DNA of 64,000 nucleotides from Moniliella sp. 'wahieum' (taxonomy: Eukaryota): positions 124,001 to 188,000 of the forward strand of contig RSEE01000082.1 in the NCBI GenBank assembly GCA_003971905.1. Direction: 5' to 3'. This document shows, piece after piece, positions 24,086-37,300 of the stretch. Positions within the stretch are counted from its first letter, which is position 1. The number at the start of each line of letters is the position of its first letter. The translations under genes were made by a program, and so were the position numbers. Below the pieces are notes generated by a model, which did not search any database, had not been told where the DNA came from, and saw only the letters and a list, made by a program, of their open reading frames with translations.

Positions 24086-24811
24086 GCGTGAGGGGTGGCG
24101 AACACGGTCGCCGCTGTCCCTGCGTATCTCACAGAATTTGCTATGTGTTGTTGTCTCGAGTGTGTTCAACATTCAACGTTCATGTGCGATAGGAGTAGGC
24201 ATTGCTAGGTACACGACACTGGGTGTAGCGTGTCCGCGCCCCCTGCCTGTCATGGCCCACCCAACATCATGGACAGGATCAAGGGCGAGGAATGAAATGG
24301 CGAGGGGGAGGCGTGTGTTTGATTTGGCCCATCTGTCCCGCCCGCCCCAGCACCGAGGCAGCTGGGGGGTTCCTTTGTCCGGGCGGCGATCTGACACGAG
24401 CAGGGGGGAGAAGCAAGCGAAGCACACGAGGGAGATGGCGGATGGTAATGGCGTGGTGGCAGTGGTGGTGGTGGTGGTGGTGGTGGTGCAAATCGCATGA
24501 GCTCCGCCCCGCGCGCATGCCACAGCAGCAACCCTAGCCGCCCGGGCGCGCCACACGCCCGCGTTACGTCAGCGCGCACCTGGTTGGCATGCGGGCGGCA
24601 CGGAGGCAGTGTGCGGGGTGCGCGGCGCGCAGCCGAGGAGAGTGCCCCCGCGCCTGCGGCCCGCGCGCTGTAACACAACCAACACCGGAACGGGGGCAGT
24701 GCGCCGCGCCTTGAACATTGCAGTCCGCACTGTCTTCCGTCCGCGCCAACACAGGCAAATGCACGACCAGAGTGCCCCCCAACACCACCACCACCACCAC
24801 CCCACCCCAGC

Positions 24812-26743
24812 ATGTCCGCCCCGTCCCCCCCATCCCGCCGCCCGAGCGCGATGCCTCGGACGACCCCGCCGAGCTGCGCAGCATCATCGCCTCCCTCCGC
24901 GCCGCCCTCGCCTCCGCCGCGGCCGCCGACCCGTCAGCTTGCCCTCCTCCAAGCCGAGCGCGACCAGGCCCTGCAGCAGCGCGACGAGCAAGCCAGCACG
25001 GTGCGCGACCTGCGCTTGCGTCTCGACGACTCGCGCAAGGCCTTCATGCGCCTCCAGGCCGAGGGGGAGCGTACGAAAAGCGATTGCCGTCCGCCGTCGC
25101 TCCCCTTCCGTTGGCCCCGGCGCAGCACCGGCACCGGCACCACCCTCCTCCTCCCCTCTGCCTCGGCCACTGTCTCTCCTACCCCGGCAGGACCGCTGAA
25201 GAAGAGGAGGAGGCCAAGGCCAAACGTGCGTCCAAACGTGCCTCTCTTGCCTTTGGACCGAACGGGTCGATCAACATTGCGGCCGCCGCAATTTTGGACG
25301 CAGTGCGCATTCCCGCACAGGCTCGCTTGCCACGCCTACCTCTACTACGACCGCGTCCACAGCGGCCGACCGTAACCTCCGTCGCCTTTCCCTCCTTGGA
25401 CGCCCACCTTCCACCCCCTCGCAAGCAGGGAATGAGGACGCTTCCGCTACCCTGATCGGACTGGGCATCCAAGCCCCCTGCTTCCCACTGCTTCTGCCGC
25501 TGCACCAACCGCGCCCGAGAGCCGGCGTCCGGGCCACCGACGAACGTCGAGTAGTATCAGTGGCCTTAGTGTGGTGAGTGCTTCCCTTCGTCCGATTTCC
25601 CCCTCGGGACTGAGTGCGGCTTCTTCCCGTGCACCCAGTCCGCGTATGCCCTCTTCGATGCAGACTTCCGCCGAGGCAGAGGAAGCGGCGGACGTTGCAC
25701 GGCGTCGGTCCGGATGTTAGGTACGGGAGCTGGTGGTGCTGGTGGAGAGGCGCAGCCAGTCAGTTTGGCGGGTGTGACGGCGGAGCGGTTGAATGCGCAG
25801 TTGAGCGCGCGTGGGGCCGAGGTGGAGCGGCTGCGGGCTGAGATGCGTGGGATGCGAGAAGAGTTGGAGCAAGCGCGCGAAGCGCGGGATGCGTCCGAGG
25901 TGTGTCTCCAAGCTTTAAGAGAGTACCTTGCTCTCTTGCCCCAGGACCCTGTGGACGCAGGTGCGTCTGCATCTGGCTCAGGCGAGAGGTCGGGGTCAGG
26001 GTCTGGGTCAGGATCAGGGTCGGGGTCCACCTCGGCCCCAGGACCCGTTACGCTCAACCTTCCCCCTCTTCCGATCGCCTCGACGGGTGCGCTGGAACCG
26101 GGTGACGAAGAGGCGGTTCTCCGTCCCACGCGGCCCAGTCATCAAGCGCAGGAATCCTGGTCTACCAAACTAGGCTCGATGTGGCGGCGGGCGACGACGG
26201 CAGGGCCTCAAGATGGCACGGATGGAGGAGAAGGCAAGCCTGGGTCTCCCACCTCGGCCGTGAGTCCGGGCAAGCCCATTGACCCGTCTACCTCGGCGCC
26301 AGCGTCGGCCACTTCGACATCTCCCCGTGCCCGCTCCAACAGCTACGCCCAATCGCTCAGCGTCAACTTCTCTGCCCTGGGTCTGCCCATGGGCTGGGTC
26401 GCGCCGCCACCTCTCCCGGCGAAGAGCGTCCGGAACCAGTGCCGGAGGAAGAGGAGCCTCCGCGACCGAGGGGCAATCCTCTCTACCCCGCCACCTCGGC
26501 ACCGCTCAACCACCTCGTTCCAACCGAGTCCAACCCAGTACCGACGGCGGAACCGGTAGCCGTGTAGCAGGCTCACAGACTAGCGCATGGCCCTGCCCTT
26601 GCTTCGTGGTCCGCTCGCCCACCTGCCGAAAAGGTGAAGCCCAAGCTTGGATCTTGGAACTTAAAACGTTCGGTGGATGGGATGCGACATGTGAAGTGTA
26701 CCAAGGTATGGTGGCCCAATGGGGTAGGACTGTGTCGGTGTAA
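24812..26743 (+). CDS. Hypothetical coiled-coil, low-complexity protein; 3' end uncertain
   Basis: Heptad-rich segments LLQAERDQALQQRDEQASTVRDLRLRLDDSRKAFMRLQ and EVERLRAEMRGMREELEQAREARDASEVCLQALREYL in consecutive frameshifted ORFs. Confidence 0.6.
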
Positions 26744-27619
26744 CTGGAATCCCGTCGCTGTCTGTGTCTCTGTCTCTGTATCTCCACGCGCCCTGCTCCC
26801 TGTTCCTTGCCTATGACTCACGGCTCATGGCTTCTGACTCTGGCTCATGGTTCATGGCTTATGGCTTCTTCTCACTCTGCATCCCCCTATCCCCCTGTCC
26901 CTCTGTGCTCGGCCCACGGGTCTGTAAGCTGTCCCACCCAGTCTCTCTACCCTCCTCGCTCCCCTGGATTGCCTCCGACTTACATTCCGACTTACATTCC
27001 GACTTACATTGTACGCTGAGCTGCCCGAACCCATACTGTCATGCATGTGCCGATCTCGATGTGTTACCTCCCCGCCGCCGCAAGGTTTCTTTGGTTCGTG
27101 GCGCACTTAGCTACGTATACCTCGGGCGCAAGAGGGGGTAGAACGCAGAAATCAGTTGCCCTACGGCTCTGCATCGAATCAACATCGAGCGGTGGAACGT
27201 GAACGTGAGTTCCGTCCGAGTGTATCGTGCGGAAGAAAGAAAGACAGACATGACATGACATACAGCTGGGCACACATGCAGCTGGACCATAGTTGCGTCC
27301 CGCTGTGCCCGTGGGACGAGAAGGGGGAGGAGGTACAGACATTTGGACATTGAGCTTTCCCTTATCGCGGGCCTCGACGCGTGCCTAGGACTGTGGGTAG
27401 CAACCCTGGACCTGGGATAGGCAAGCTCCTCCATCCCACCCTTCCCCACTCCCCCCTACCCCCTTCGCCCACACCACGTCCAGCACAGGAGCCAAGCTGA
27501 GACCCCTCTACGCCCACATGCTGCGCGGGCTTGAAGCTTGCAACGTGCATTCTGAGGCGTGAAAGCTAAAAGCTGACAGCGGGACTGACGTACGCGCGCC
27601 CCACGCCCTTCGCGCATGA

Positions 27620-29395
27620 TCAGGAAGTGGTGGCGGGACGACGGTGAGCTTGGCGGGCCGCGGCTGCTGCGGCGCGAATGCGCTCCACGACCGCCGCTTC
27701 GTCCTGCTCCTGTCGCGCCAAGCCGGGCGGGTCGAGCTCAGACGGTGACCCGGGGGCGGGGGCGGGGGCAGGGACGGGCGGGAGACCCTGTACCGGTCCT
27801 AGTCCTGGTCCCGCTCTAGGCGCTACTGGACCGCCGGAGCGCGAAGGGACGCCGATGCGGTCGTCGACGGAGGTGGGTTGACGTTATTTTCGATACCGAG
27901 GAGGTTGCACAGTGCGACAGTTTGTGGGTTGGTGTACCACATTCCTGCGCGTATACAGACACGTATGCACATACAAGCACGCATGCATCAGTTAGAAAGG
28001 CTTGTCAGACGAAGTGGATGGGCATTGCGCGCCTACTTGCGCCGTGATACGTACCTTCCAGTCCTGGTCCCATGCTCAAGCTCGGTACAAGCGGCGGGGC
28101 AGTAGGGGTGAATTGTTGGGTGGCCAACACGTCGAAAGAGGCTGTGTGGTGGAGAAGGTGTAGGGTTTTAGCTTGGACCTCGGCCGGCGTGGGCGGTTGT
28201 AACGCCGGCTGGGTGCGGTGGGTAGATTGTTGGGCTTGGGTGAGAGCGAGGATGGCGAGCCATTCGGGTAGGTAGCGCAATTGCTCCGGCGCAGGTGGGT
28301 CAGCCCGCTGGTTCTCCGCCTCCTCCTGCGGGTGCGGGGGGATGTCGAGGAACTGGGTGCATGGATAAAGGAGCGGAAGGAAGGTGAGTGGAAGAAGAAG
28401 AACAGCAACTTTGTGAGGAACACTAGACGCGAGCGAGACAACGTACCTGCAAATGTTCATTGGCGCGACTGCACTTGCCCAAGGCGAGAAAGCTGGTGTG
28501 GGGAGTGGCAGGGCGCCATTGGTGGGTTGGAGGGGACGCTTCTGTCTCCGCGCCCGCCTCCGCCTCCGCCTCTGCCTCCGCCTCTGCCTCCGCCTGGGCC
28601 TGCTCCCATCCAATGCGGGCTGGGAACTTGATGTGCATATGGGCGGCGAACCAGTAGCGGGGCCGAATCTTTTCGCCCATGGCGTCGGACAGCGGGTTGC
28701 CCAGCTGGCCGCGTAGGGCATCAGGACGAAAGTACGGTTTAGCGGCAAACAGGCGGTCCTTATCGCCGTACCGAGTGACCGAGGCTGGCCAGTCATGGGT
28801 CAGCAGGACGTCCACAGCCACCTTACCTGCGGTAGCAAGGAGAGACAGACGATCCATGTCGAAGCGGCGGACGTGGTAGGCGCTCCTTACAGAGGCAGGG
28901 GTGTACGGAGCGCGTTCCCATCGGCCAGCATCGATATCGTGGTCCTTGTAGATCCCACTCAAGCCAGCGACTGTCAAGCCGGCCACACGTACCGCACCAG
29001 CGTGTCCGAGAAAGTACATGTTAGGCGCGACCCATCCGCCGAGGGCGAGTTCATCGAGGTACCCGCTCCCTCGTGGTTGCCGCCAACCAAGAGGTGAGGT
29101 AGGGCGCGGTGGTGGCGCCAGCATAGTACCGCTGAAAGTCGCCCATGCGTTTGTACTTGTCCGGCACGGCGAGGCTGGCCAGGTCAGCGGCGTTGCGCAG
29201 CGCCTGAACGTCGCCGCAGAGAAGAACAAGCTGGGTGCGCTGGCCAGCCGCCTCGTCGGCAGCGGCAATGGTGGCGTAGATCTTGTCCAGCTCGCCATGG
29301 ACGCAGCCCTGGATGGCGACCTATCACGTCCGCAGCGGCGGTCAGCGCCAGCGGTGCGCAGCGGGAGGAGGGATAGGGATACGGACTCGGACCAT
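27620..29395 (-). CDS. DBR1: RNA lariat debranching enzyme
   Basis: After a first intron, VAIQGCVHGELDKIY, then CGDVQALRN, GNHE, GGWVAPNMYFLG, SAYHVR, THDWP, YWFAAHMH, FLALGKC and C-terminal YTNPQT..CNLLGIEN. About three GT-AG introns; stop position approximate. Confidence 0.93.
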
Positions 29396-29825
29396 GGCGG
29401 AGGGGGGGGTGGCAGCAGCCGTGCGAATAATACTCCCCTTGGGCGATCAAGCATCCTCGACCCCGGTTTCCAATGTTGGCTGTGTGCTTACTTAACCTAC
29501 GCGGAGCGCGACTTGTGCGGGGGCCACTTGGGCCTTTTTTATACAGCAGAGAGGCAATCCACGTTCATTCAGGCCGATCCATACCGCAACACCAGCGCCC
29601 CAAGCGAGGCAACGGCAGCGTTGAGGAGCAGAGCGGCAGGGAGCAGGGGGCAGAGTGGCAGGGGAACAGGAGACAGGGGAGAAGGGGATGAGGGGAACAG
29701 GCGCAGGGGGGAGGAAGCAAACGAAGCAGACATGCACAGGGAAGACAGGCACACCAACCCCGGCAAAACAGCAACAAGCAGCCGCGCCCACAGACCAGAT
29801 TACGGTCGCCCGTCACCGCGTCACG

Positions 29826-31454
29826 TCACCGCGACGCGCGGTACACGTAGTGCTTGTTGATCAGGTGGAAGGTGGTGGCGTTGATGATGGTAAACAGCCA
29901 GAACACCAGACCGCCCTTTCCGCCGTCGAGGTGGCCGAGCAAGTTGCGCAAGGGCAAGAAGGTGGAGGCAAGCAAGATGTTGCTGAGCCAGTTGATGCTC
30001 AGTCCCACTGATCCCGCGAGCGAAGCCGCTTGCGGCGGGACTAACTCGGGCAAGATGAGGAACGGGACGGGGCCCATACCGATCGCAAAGCCCATGACGA
30101 AGATGATGATGCACAGGGCGGCAAGGACATTGGAGAGGCCCGTCTCGAGACACAAGCCAAGCACAAATGACGATACTACAGTCACGCCCGATGAGAAGAG
30201 GAGCAACTTTCTTCGTCCCCACTGGTTCTCCGATACGAGGAATAGGCGGGAAAGTCATCAGTGCATTGACCACTGTGATCCCCACACTGATTCTCCGAGC
30301 AATCTCGTCCGCCCCTTCGCCACCCTCAAAGAAACCAGCCATGATGCCCGTGCTAAAGTAGAGAATGGCGTTGACACCCGAAAGTTGCTGGCCCATCTGG
30401 GTAATGACGATCATCCACATGCCCGACCGCAAGCTAGGGTGGGTGAACAAGTCCTTGACCGTAATGGGGCTGGGCAGGTCACTTGCTAGGCGAGGCGGAC
30501 CCAGTGCAGGGGAAGAAGAGGGAAGCAATGCCTCGTGCTCTGGGCTATCACCATCTTCCAACCCGGCGGCTTGCTCCTCAGGCTCAGGGTGGCAGTGGGA
30601 GAGGGAAGAGAAGAGGAAGATGGGGCAGTCTGGGGTTCGGGCTCGGCCGCTGCACCGGTACCCGGCGCATCTGCCGCCGCGAGATCCGGGACGACGGTCC
30701 ACAGTTGCTTGCGTGCATTGTAAGCGAGCATACTAGCATTGGGTACGCCACTGTTTTCAATCGAATGTGGTCCATCGATGGCGACCAACAGGCCCCAGAG
30801 CAACTGTACCGCCGACACGCACGAGCTGATCATTGGCACAAACCGCCAGGCACTATTGGACTTGCCATTCTTCTTGACTGATTCTGCTGCTAGGGCAACA
30901 CCAGCGCTTTGAGCGACAAAGATACCAATCACGACGCCGAGCTGGTTCAGCACGCCAATCGAGCCCTGGATCGAGGGCGGGGAGATATCGTTGAGGTACA
31001 CGGGGACCGCGACCAACGACATGCCCGATCCTAATCCTGTGATCGTACGTCCCAGACCTGCCATTCCACCTGAATGAGACACGGAGATACACGCGTTAAC
31101 CCCCGCATTGAGCGTGAGCGCGACCACCAACGCGCCCCGCAGACCCAGGTGGAACCGACGCTGCACCCAAGGCAAGGCCAAGGAACCCACAAACCCACCA
31201 ACCGTAAACAGCGCCGTGACCAAGCCAAACTGCGTGTCGGAGAGCGGGATGCAATCCAGTAGTCCGCCCTGGCCACGCGAGGCACCCTGCACGCCGTAGC
31301 AGGTCAATGCGCCTTGGAGACTGTTGAGCTCGGAAATGCCATAGCCGTAGGAGAAGGAGCTGAGCACGACAAAGAGCACCACGAGGTAAAAGCGGATCCG
31401 CGGGCGGGCAGCAGACGCGGATGAAGCACCCGCGGCGAGCCCAGTGTTGGACAT
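29826..31454 (-). CDS. MFS sugar-porter family transporter, VPS73/YBR241C-like
   Basis: YGYGISELN, DCIPLSDTQFGLVTALFTVGG, VPVYLNDISPP, QQLSGVNAILYFS and GMGPVPFLILPELVP motifs. Confidence 0.9.
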
Positions 31455-32138
31455 GGGGGCGAGATCTCAGAGGAAGGTGGTGGTGGTGGTGGTGGTGGTG
31501 GTGGTGGTGGTGATAGTGGTGGCGATGGCGATGGCAAGGGCAGAGCAAGAGTGTGGGATTGGCTGGGGCCGTCGTTGTCGCTCGGAGGAAGGGTGATCTG
31601 CCATGATCGATGATTACGATGTTTCAAAGCCCGAGCGAGCGACAAGCGACGAGCATCGAGCAGGCCCTGTGATTCGACATTAATCAAGCTACCCAGGATC
31701 CGAGCTGGGCAACCTGCTGCGCTGAGTACTGAGTGGGCTCTAGGGAAGGCTATAGGTTATAGACTAGTGCTTTCAACGGCCCCAAAGCGATCCTGCTCAT
31801 CCTGCAAGACGAAGGATGGATTCTGTACGTGACATGCAAAGAGATGATCTCGGTGATCATCGAACGAACAGCGTGTCACGGGAGCGCGGCGACAGATGAT
31901 CGAACAGCCATCAGCCATCAGCCATCCGGCCTCAGCGCTCAGCGCCTCAAGACGATGGTCATCGAATCGAGCTGCCGTGGCTGTGAGGGCAACAACGAAG
32001 TGTCGTCGCACCTTCGAGCGGACAGCTGTCGATATATTGGTATTACGCTGCTGTGCGAAGGGGCAGAGGGAAGCAGAAGCAAGAAGCAAGGAGCAAGAAG
32101 CAGGGGACCAGTGCGCAGGGTTCTCACAGCCATAGGTA

Positions 32139-33248
32139 TTAAAACTTGAATACCTGGTCGGCCGTGTACCCGAGCACCTTGAGGATGCCCTGCAACTGGC
32201 CCTGGGACGAGTTGGAGCCCTTGGGCCCCGCCAGGGCCGTCAGCTGTCCCGGCGGCCCCACACACAAACACATGAACCTTACCTGCGCGCGCAGGGTCGG
32301 GGAGGTACCGACGCACAAGGTCAGGGGTAAGGTACCCTTGAAACCCGGGCCAGTTGGTGGGAGCCTGGTCTAGGCCGTAGACGACGTTGAATTGTGGGTA
32401 ACGGAGGCCAAGCGATCCAGCTTGTCTCGGAGCAGAATGTCCTGTTCGGTCTGGTTGGTGTAGAGAGGGTGACCTTGGTGGTATCTTTAGGGTCGGAGAG
32501 GATGTGGTGGATGAGTTGCCACATGGGCGTGATGCCACTCCCGCCGGCCAGGAGGGCAACTTCCTCAAACTGGTTCGTCTCGTACTTCCACTTAGGTATG
32601 GGGCCCTTGAATGCCAGTCTATCGCCCGGGCGGAGGGAGGCGATGTGGTGGCTCATCCGGCCCGTGGGGTAGTCCTTGACGAGCAAGTCGAGGTGGCCCT
32701 TTTGGTCAGGGGAGCTGATGGGGTGTAAGGACGCAGGAGCGGGTTGCCCTCTTCGTCCGTCAGTCCTTCCACCGCCTGGACCAGGACGGCAGAGGCAGTG
32801 TAGGTGCCAGCCTTGGCGGATAAGGGGAGGGCAAAGGAGACGAGGTGGGTGTTGTGGTTGTAGGCCGTGTTGCTGCGGACGGTGAGCTGACGGAACTCGT
32901 CGGGACTGAGGACGTCGGCGGCAGGCGTCTTGAAGCGGCGGACGTAGTTGTAGCCGCCAGCGGCGATGACAAAGACGCCGAGGACGTAGAAGGGGGCTTT
33001 GGTGGGCGGGCGGCGCGGGGGGGGCGGATAGGGCGGGCGGGAGACGCGCGGGGGGGCAGTGGAGCGGTTGGTGGGGCGGTTGGTGGGGCGGGTGGAGCGG
33101 GTGGAGCGGGTGGAAGCAGGAGAGCGGGAGGAAGCGGGTGGACGGGTGGAGTAGAGACGTATGGGCACGTGCGCCGGCGGACGGAAGGCGAGGCGAAGGG
33201 CGGCAGCCACCCCCGCTGGCCGACGGATGGCCCCAGGCGAGGGAGCAT
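32139..33248 (-). CDS. MCR1: Mitochondrial NADH-cytochrome b5 reductase 2
   Basis: Arg-rich presequence, single TM segment, RPYTP, GRMS, KGP, AGGSGITPMWQ, VFVCGPPG and C-terminal QGQLQGIL..LGYTADQVFKF*. Confidence 0.93.
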
Positions 33249-33944
33249 GGCGGAGGCAACGAAGAACGCAGCGAGATGGATATAAACAACCGCCTTCCCT
33301 CCTTCCCCCGCCTCGAGGATGAGGTCAGCATGAATGTTCAACTCTCCCCGCCGCCGCCACTGGGACAACTCCTAAAAGATGAAGATGGTTAAATCGTTGA
33401 CCTTCTCGCAACCTGCCGCAGCTAAGTATCACTCTGATTCCACGTCCAAGGGCTTTCACCCTGATTTCCCGGTCGGGATCCCGTCTCGGGACCCGCCGCC
33501 ATGATGCATGACATAGTTATGAAGTTTCGCCAGCCTCCAGAAGGAGGGGGGAGAGAGGGACAAACACACAGCGTCCAAAGTGACTAGTGATCGATGATCG
33601 CCAGCAGCAGCCAGGGGGACAGAAAAGAACGTATTATAACCGGATAACCCCCAATGCAAGTAAAGGATTGGACGACTACAGCATCCTATGCGCGGATGAC
33701 ATGTGACAAACAGCAGAAATCCAGGATAGCAAGCAAAACAAATAGTATAGTCATCGTACGTTTTTGAGTAACAGGCAGGGAGTACTTGCAGAACAAACAA
33801 GAGTCCAGCGGTCTCCCATTGCATCATGCATCATGCTTTTTCGAATACGGGCAACAAGGAAGTAGAAGTTCAACGTGAACCGTGAACTGGGAACTGTGAG
33901 AACTGAGAACCATCACGCGGCACAGGCGTCATTAGACCCCACAA

Positions 33945-34002
33945 TCTCAGGCCTCATGTCACAGGTCAAGTCTCAGGCCTCATGTCACAGGTCAAGTCTC
34001 AG
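33945..34002. repeat. Exact 26-bp tandem duplication
   Basis: TCTCAGGCCTCATGTCACAGGTCAAG occurs twice, followed by TCTCAG, just downstream of the S53 peptidase stop. Confidence 0.9.
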
Positions 34003-34016
34003 AGACGTCTCAGGGT

Positions 34017-35765
34017 TCAAGCCGCTCCAAAGAACTTGAGCATGCCCTGGAAGTCCCACGCCCAAACCGCTCGGGGGGTCCCAACCAACTTGTGAGGGGA
34101 AGCACAAGTTGGACACATCGGGGCAACCACAGTTTCTCCCTTAGTGATATCACGTAGAGCGCCACCACCTTGGGCCTCGTACAAGCGAGGGTGGACAAAG
34201 CCGAGGTTCTTTTTACCTTGTTGTCGTAAGGCGGAATTGACCAGGGCGAGATGGGCAGCAAAGATCGGTGCAGAGGCCGATGTGCCCGCGACGGTTTGGG
34301 TGGTATTTTGGATAACTGTGACGATCGCTTCGCCTTGGGCTGATACGTCAACAATAGCACGTCCGGTCTGGTTGATGTAGTGGGTGAGGTTGGATGGGAG
34401 GTGACGTGCAATGTACGTTTGAGATAGGTTGCGTTGCCAAGACGGCAAGGCATTGAGGTTGGACCACCCTGCTCCCGACCAGATAGCTACGTTTTGCGCT
34501 GGGTCACTCAGTGGGTTGGTAGAATGTTCCGGGTTGGTACCTGCGGTGCCACCTACGACCAGGATGGTATCGGTCGTAGGCCAAGGCGGACTGAGTCCCT
34601 TTTGACAACTCTTGTTTCCCTCGTCAACGCCCGAATCGCCACTGGCAAAAACGACGGTGACGCCTTGCGCGGCAAGAGCGAGGGCGGTCTTGTGCCACCG
34701 CTGCGCATCGTCTGCCGTCAAGGCTGATTCCGCCGGGCCGTACGAAACGCTAATCACGCCCGGTTTGGAGGGACGGTCAAGAACCTGCTGCAAGGGCAGG
34801 AGAAACATATCGTCTGCATGAGACCCGCTGAGGAGAAAGTCGACTTTGAGGGGGCTGATTAGGCCAACAGCCATCTCAAGGTCCAACATGGTCTCCGAAC
34901 CACTAGTTGCATTGGTCGTAGCTGAATCGATCTGGTACGTGTCGGTGGAGATGGATGCGTTGGCCTGGTCTGGGCGGTACTGGGCGAGGAACGAGCTGAG
35001 GTCCGAGTGAGATAGTTTCTCGTCCGAGCCATAGCCAATGATGAGCAAGTCGGTCTGGTTGCCACTAGGCACAGGGTTAAAGCCTTGGGAGCCATAGTGC
35101 TGTCGGAGACAGTCGATGGTGACAAAGGTATCTGAGCATCCTTGTGGACTCTTCTTTGCCGAGTCGAGCGCGGTAGCAGCTTGGTCCGCTGTGAACCGAC
35201 GGCGAAGGCGGTGGCGAGGCGCGGGGCGAAGGAAAGACGTGAGCGGGGTGATGCTCTCCACGCCAGGCAGGTCATCAGGGATAGTGTAAGACTGAGCACG
35301 GAACACACGCGAGGCGCCCAGCTGGTATTCCTCGAGCGGGGCTTGGAACGCCGACGCAACAACAGAGTGGGTCGTGTTGAACGTGACGCGATCGCCATGG
35401 GCACTCCATTGGGCGTGGGTAATGTTGTGCTTGTGGAGCCAGCGCTGGACGGCACGGGTGTGATGCGGGTGCGGAGCCAGGTAGCTGTGGACTTGGGCGT
35501 GGGTGAGCCACTGGGCATGGTGGGACGTGTTGCGCGCAGTGGCGTGGACGTGCTGGTCCAGTTGGTCGAGAGAGGGCGAGGCAAGGTGGAAAGTGAGTTT
35601 GTAGGCGGGATCTTCTACGTTCGTGCGGGCCGAGTGGGGCAGGCGGTGTGCGGCGGCCGAGGGCGGGGCGTGGTGGATGTTGGTGTGGGTGTTGGGCGCG
35701 GCGGAACCGGCAGCAGCGGTGGTGGCCAACGCGGCAGCCGCAGCGGCCAGAAGGAAAGAACGCAT
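34017..35765 (-). CDS. Secreted sedolisin / tripeptidyl peptidase (peptidase family S53) with prodomain
   Basis: Signal peptide MRSFLLAAAAAAL and prodomain (WLT..QV..YLAP, VQRWL), then catalytic ETMLD, VISVSYG, ASGDSG, DVSAQG, GTSASAP and LRDITKG. Confidence 0.93.
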   Translation of the reverse strand: MRSFLLAAAAAALATTAAAGSAAPNTHTNIHHAPPSAAAHRLPHSARTNVEDPAYKLTFHLASPSLDQLDQHVHATARNTSHHAQWLTHAQVHSYLAPHPHHTRAVQRWLHKHNITHAQWSAHGDRVTFNTTHSVVASAFQAPLEEYQLGASRVFRAQSYTIPDDLPGVESITPLTSFLRPAPRHRLRRRFTADQAATALDSAKKSPQGCSDTFVTIDCLRQHYGSQGFNPVPSGNQTDLLIIGYGSDEKLSHSDLSSFLAQYRPDQANASISTDTYQIDSATTNATSGSETMLDLEMAVGLISPLKVDFLLSGSHADDMFLLPLQQVLDRPSKPGVISVSYGPAESALTADDAQRWHKTALALAAQGVTVVFASGDSGVDEGNKSCQKGLSPPWPTTDTILVVGGTAGTNPEHSTNPLSDPAQNVAIWSGAGWSNLNALPSWQRNLSQTYIARHLPSNLTHYINQTGRAIVDVSAQGEAIVTVIQNTTQTVAGTSASAPIFAAHLALVNSALRQQGKKNLGFVHPRLYEAQGGGALRDITKGETVVAPMCPTCASPHKLVGTPRAVWAWDFQGMLKFFGAA

Positions 35766-36365
35766 GAGATGGTGGCGGTGGAGGTGGAGGTGGAGATGGG
35801 GGCGGCAGGTTAGATTATACCAAGCCAGCCCCCAGCCAGCAGCCACCGTAGCCAGCCAGAAGGAGCGACCTGCTCGGCATGCTCGCTCGCACACGCACAC
35901 TGCCCGCGTCCCGGCCCCCCGCGCTCGCCTCCACGCTCAACCCTACCCTGTGCGGCCCTACCGGCACCCCGCATTTTAGCATCATCATCGACATCATCGA
36001 TCGTGTACGTGGCTTTCAGTCCGCCAAGCTTCACAACAAACAGGGATTGGTTTCAAGTGGAAGCGACTGTGGCGCAGACCAAGAGGACAAGAGGACGGTG
36101 CGCTTGGTTCGCGTGGTCCGCTTGGTCCCTTGAGCGGCCGCCGCCGGCGCAGGGTGCGTGTGGTGCATCCGAACAGGACGTGGAGCTAACGGCAGGCGCT
36201 CCTGGACCAGCTCGGTGGCGGACGAAGACCCAGGTGCCCGTACGTCCCGGTCCCGGTCCCACATGTCGATCCGACTGTCGGAGTATAGGTGCGGCGGTAG
36301 GTCCGGGTGCCGCTATGGCACAGATACTAGCACTAGCACTAGCACTAACACTAGCCTATGCCAAG

Positions 36366-37300
36366 CTACTCTGGCTGGCCAGGAAGGCAAGCCATGCGTC
36401 TGTGGAGCAGACGGAGCGCGGGTAGGGGTAAGAAGAGCGTTGGGCCAGGAGGAGCGGGGTGCAGTGGGCGCTGCAGCCATCGCCGCGGTAAGTCGAATCG
36501 GTCGGTGGTGCCTGCCCAGGTAGCGAGGGCCATTATGCGGTGGACCTGAGGTGACGTATATGTTGGTCGTAGGGAATTATATACTCTGACGGTGGAGGTG
36601 GGGATGAGCACATGGGGCGGCAAGGCGTGCAAGGCGTAGTGTGGGCCGAGGCCGCCGCAATCCAGCGGCAGCTGTAGCGAAAAGAATACACGGGGGAGAA
36701 GTACGGGTTGGTATAGGTTTCGCTTGGGCTGGCGGGCAAGTTGGCCAAGAGAGTGAAAGTACGAGAGAGGGCACGGCCGTGTTGCAGTAGTACACTGGTT
36801 GAATGGAGGGGGGACGATGTCCGAGTGCCGGGAGTGCCGGTTCACCTTCAGGTGCACGTGCGCGCTCGAGTGCCGGTGGAGCGCGGTGAGCAGGCCCGAG
36901 TGCGAGTGTGACACAACTCCCCCCAGGGCCAGGAGGAGCAGTCTGCCTTCGCCCCGCCCGGTATACACGACTCACGGGCCACAGTACTCGGGGGTTAGAC
37001 GGATCCCATCCACACGCTCTAGAGCGTCTCACAACGCGAGAGGAAGGAGAAGCGGATGCGGTAGGGGGGAAAGCAGTAGCGGTCCAAGGCGACGCCGAAG
37101 GCCAAGCAAAGTGCCCCCCAGGGAGAAGGCGACGACAATGAAGGTTTTGCGGCGGAAGTGGAAGTGGATATGGCGCACGAGGAAGAGGTCGAGGTACCTC
37201 GCCACGGTATTGAGAGAACAGCGGGGCGGGGCGGGCCAGGAGAGCCGAGGTGAGGCCGATGGGGCCTACACGCCTACACGTAAGCGGTCATCCAGACTAA
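36366..37300 (-). CDS. Putative divergent alpha/beta hydrolase (lipase class 3-like); ends uncertain
   Basis: Manual translation gives TFIVVAFSLG(G)ALCLAFG at ~37145-37090 across a G-run indel, and VNRHSRHSDIVPP in ORF 36366-36968. Confidence 0.4.

Noticed and set aside
16878..31767. Shared 13-mer GGTTATAGACTAG at ~16878 and ~31755
   Set aside because: Several chance matches of this length are expected within 64 kb, and there is no flanking similarity.
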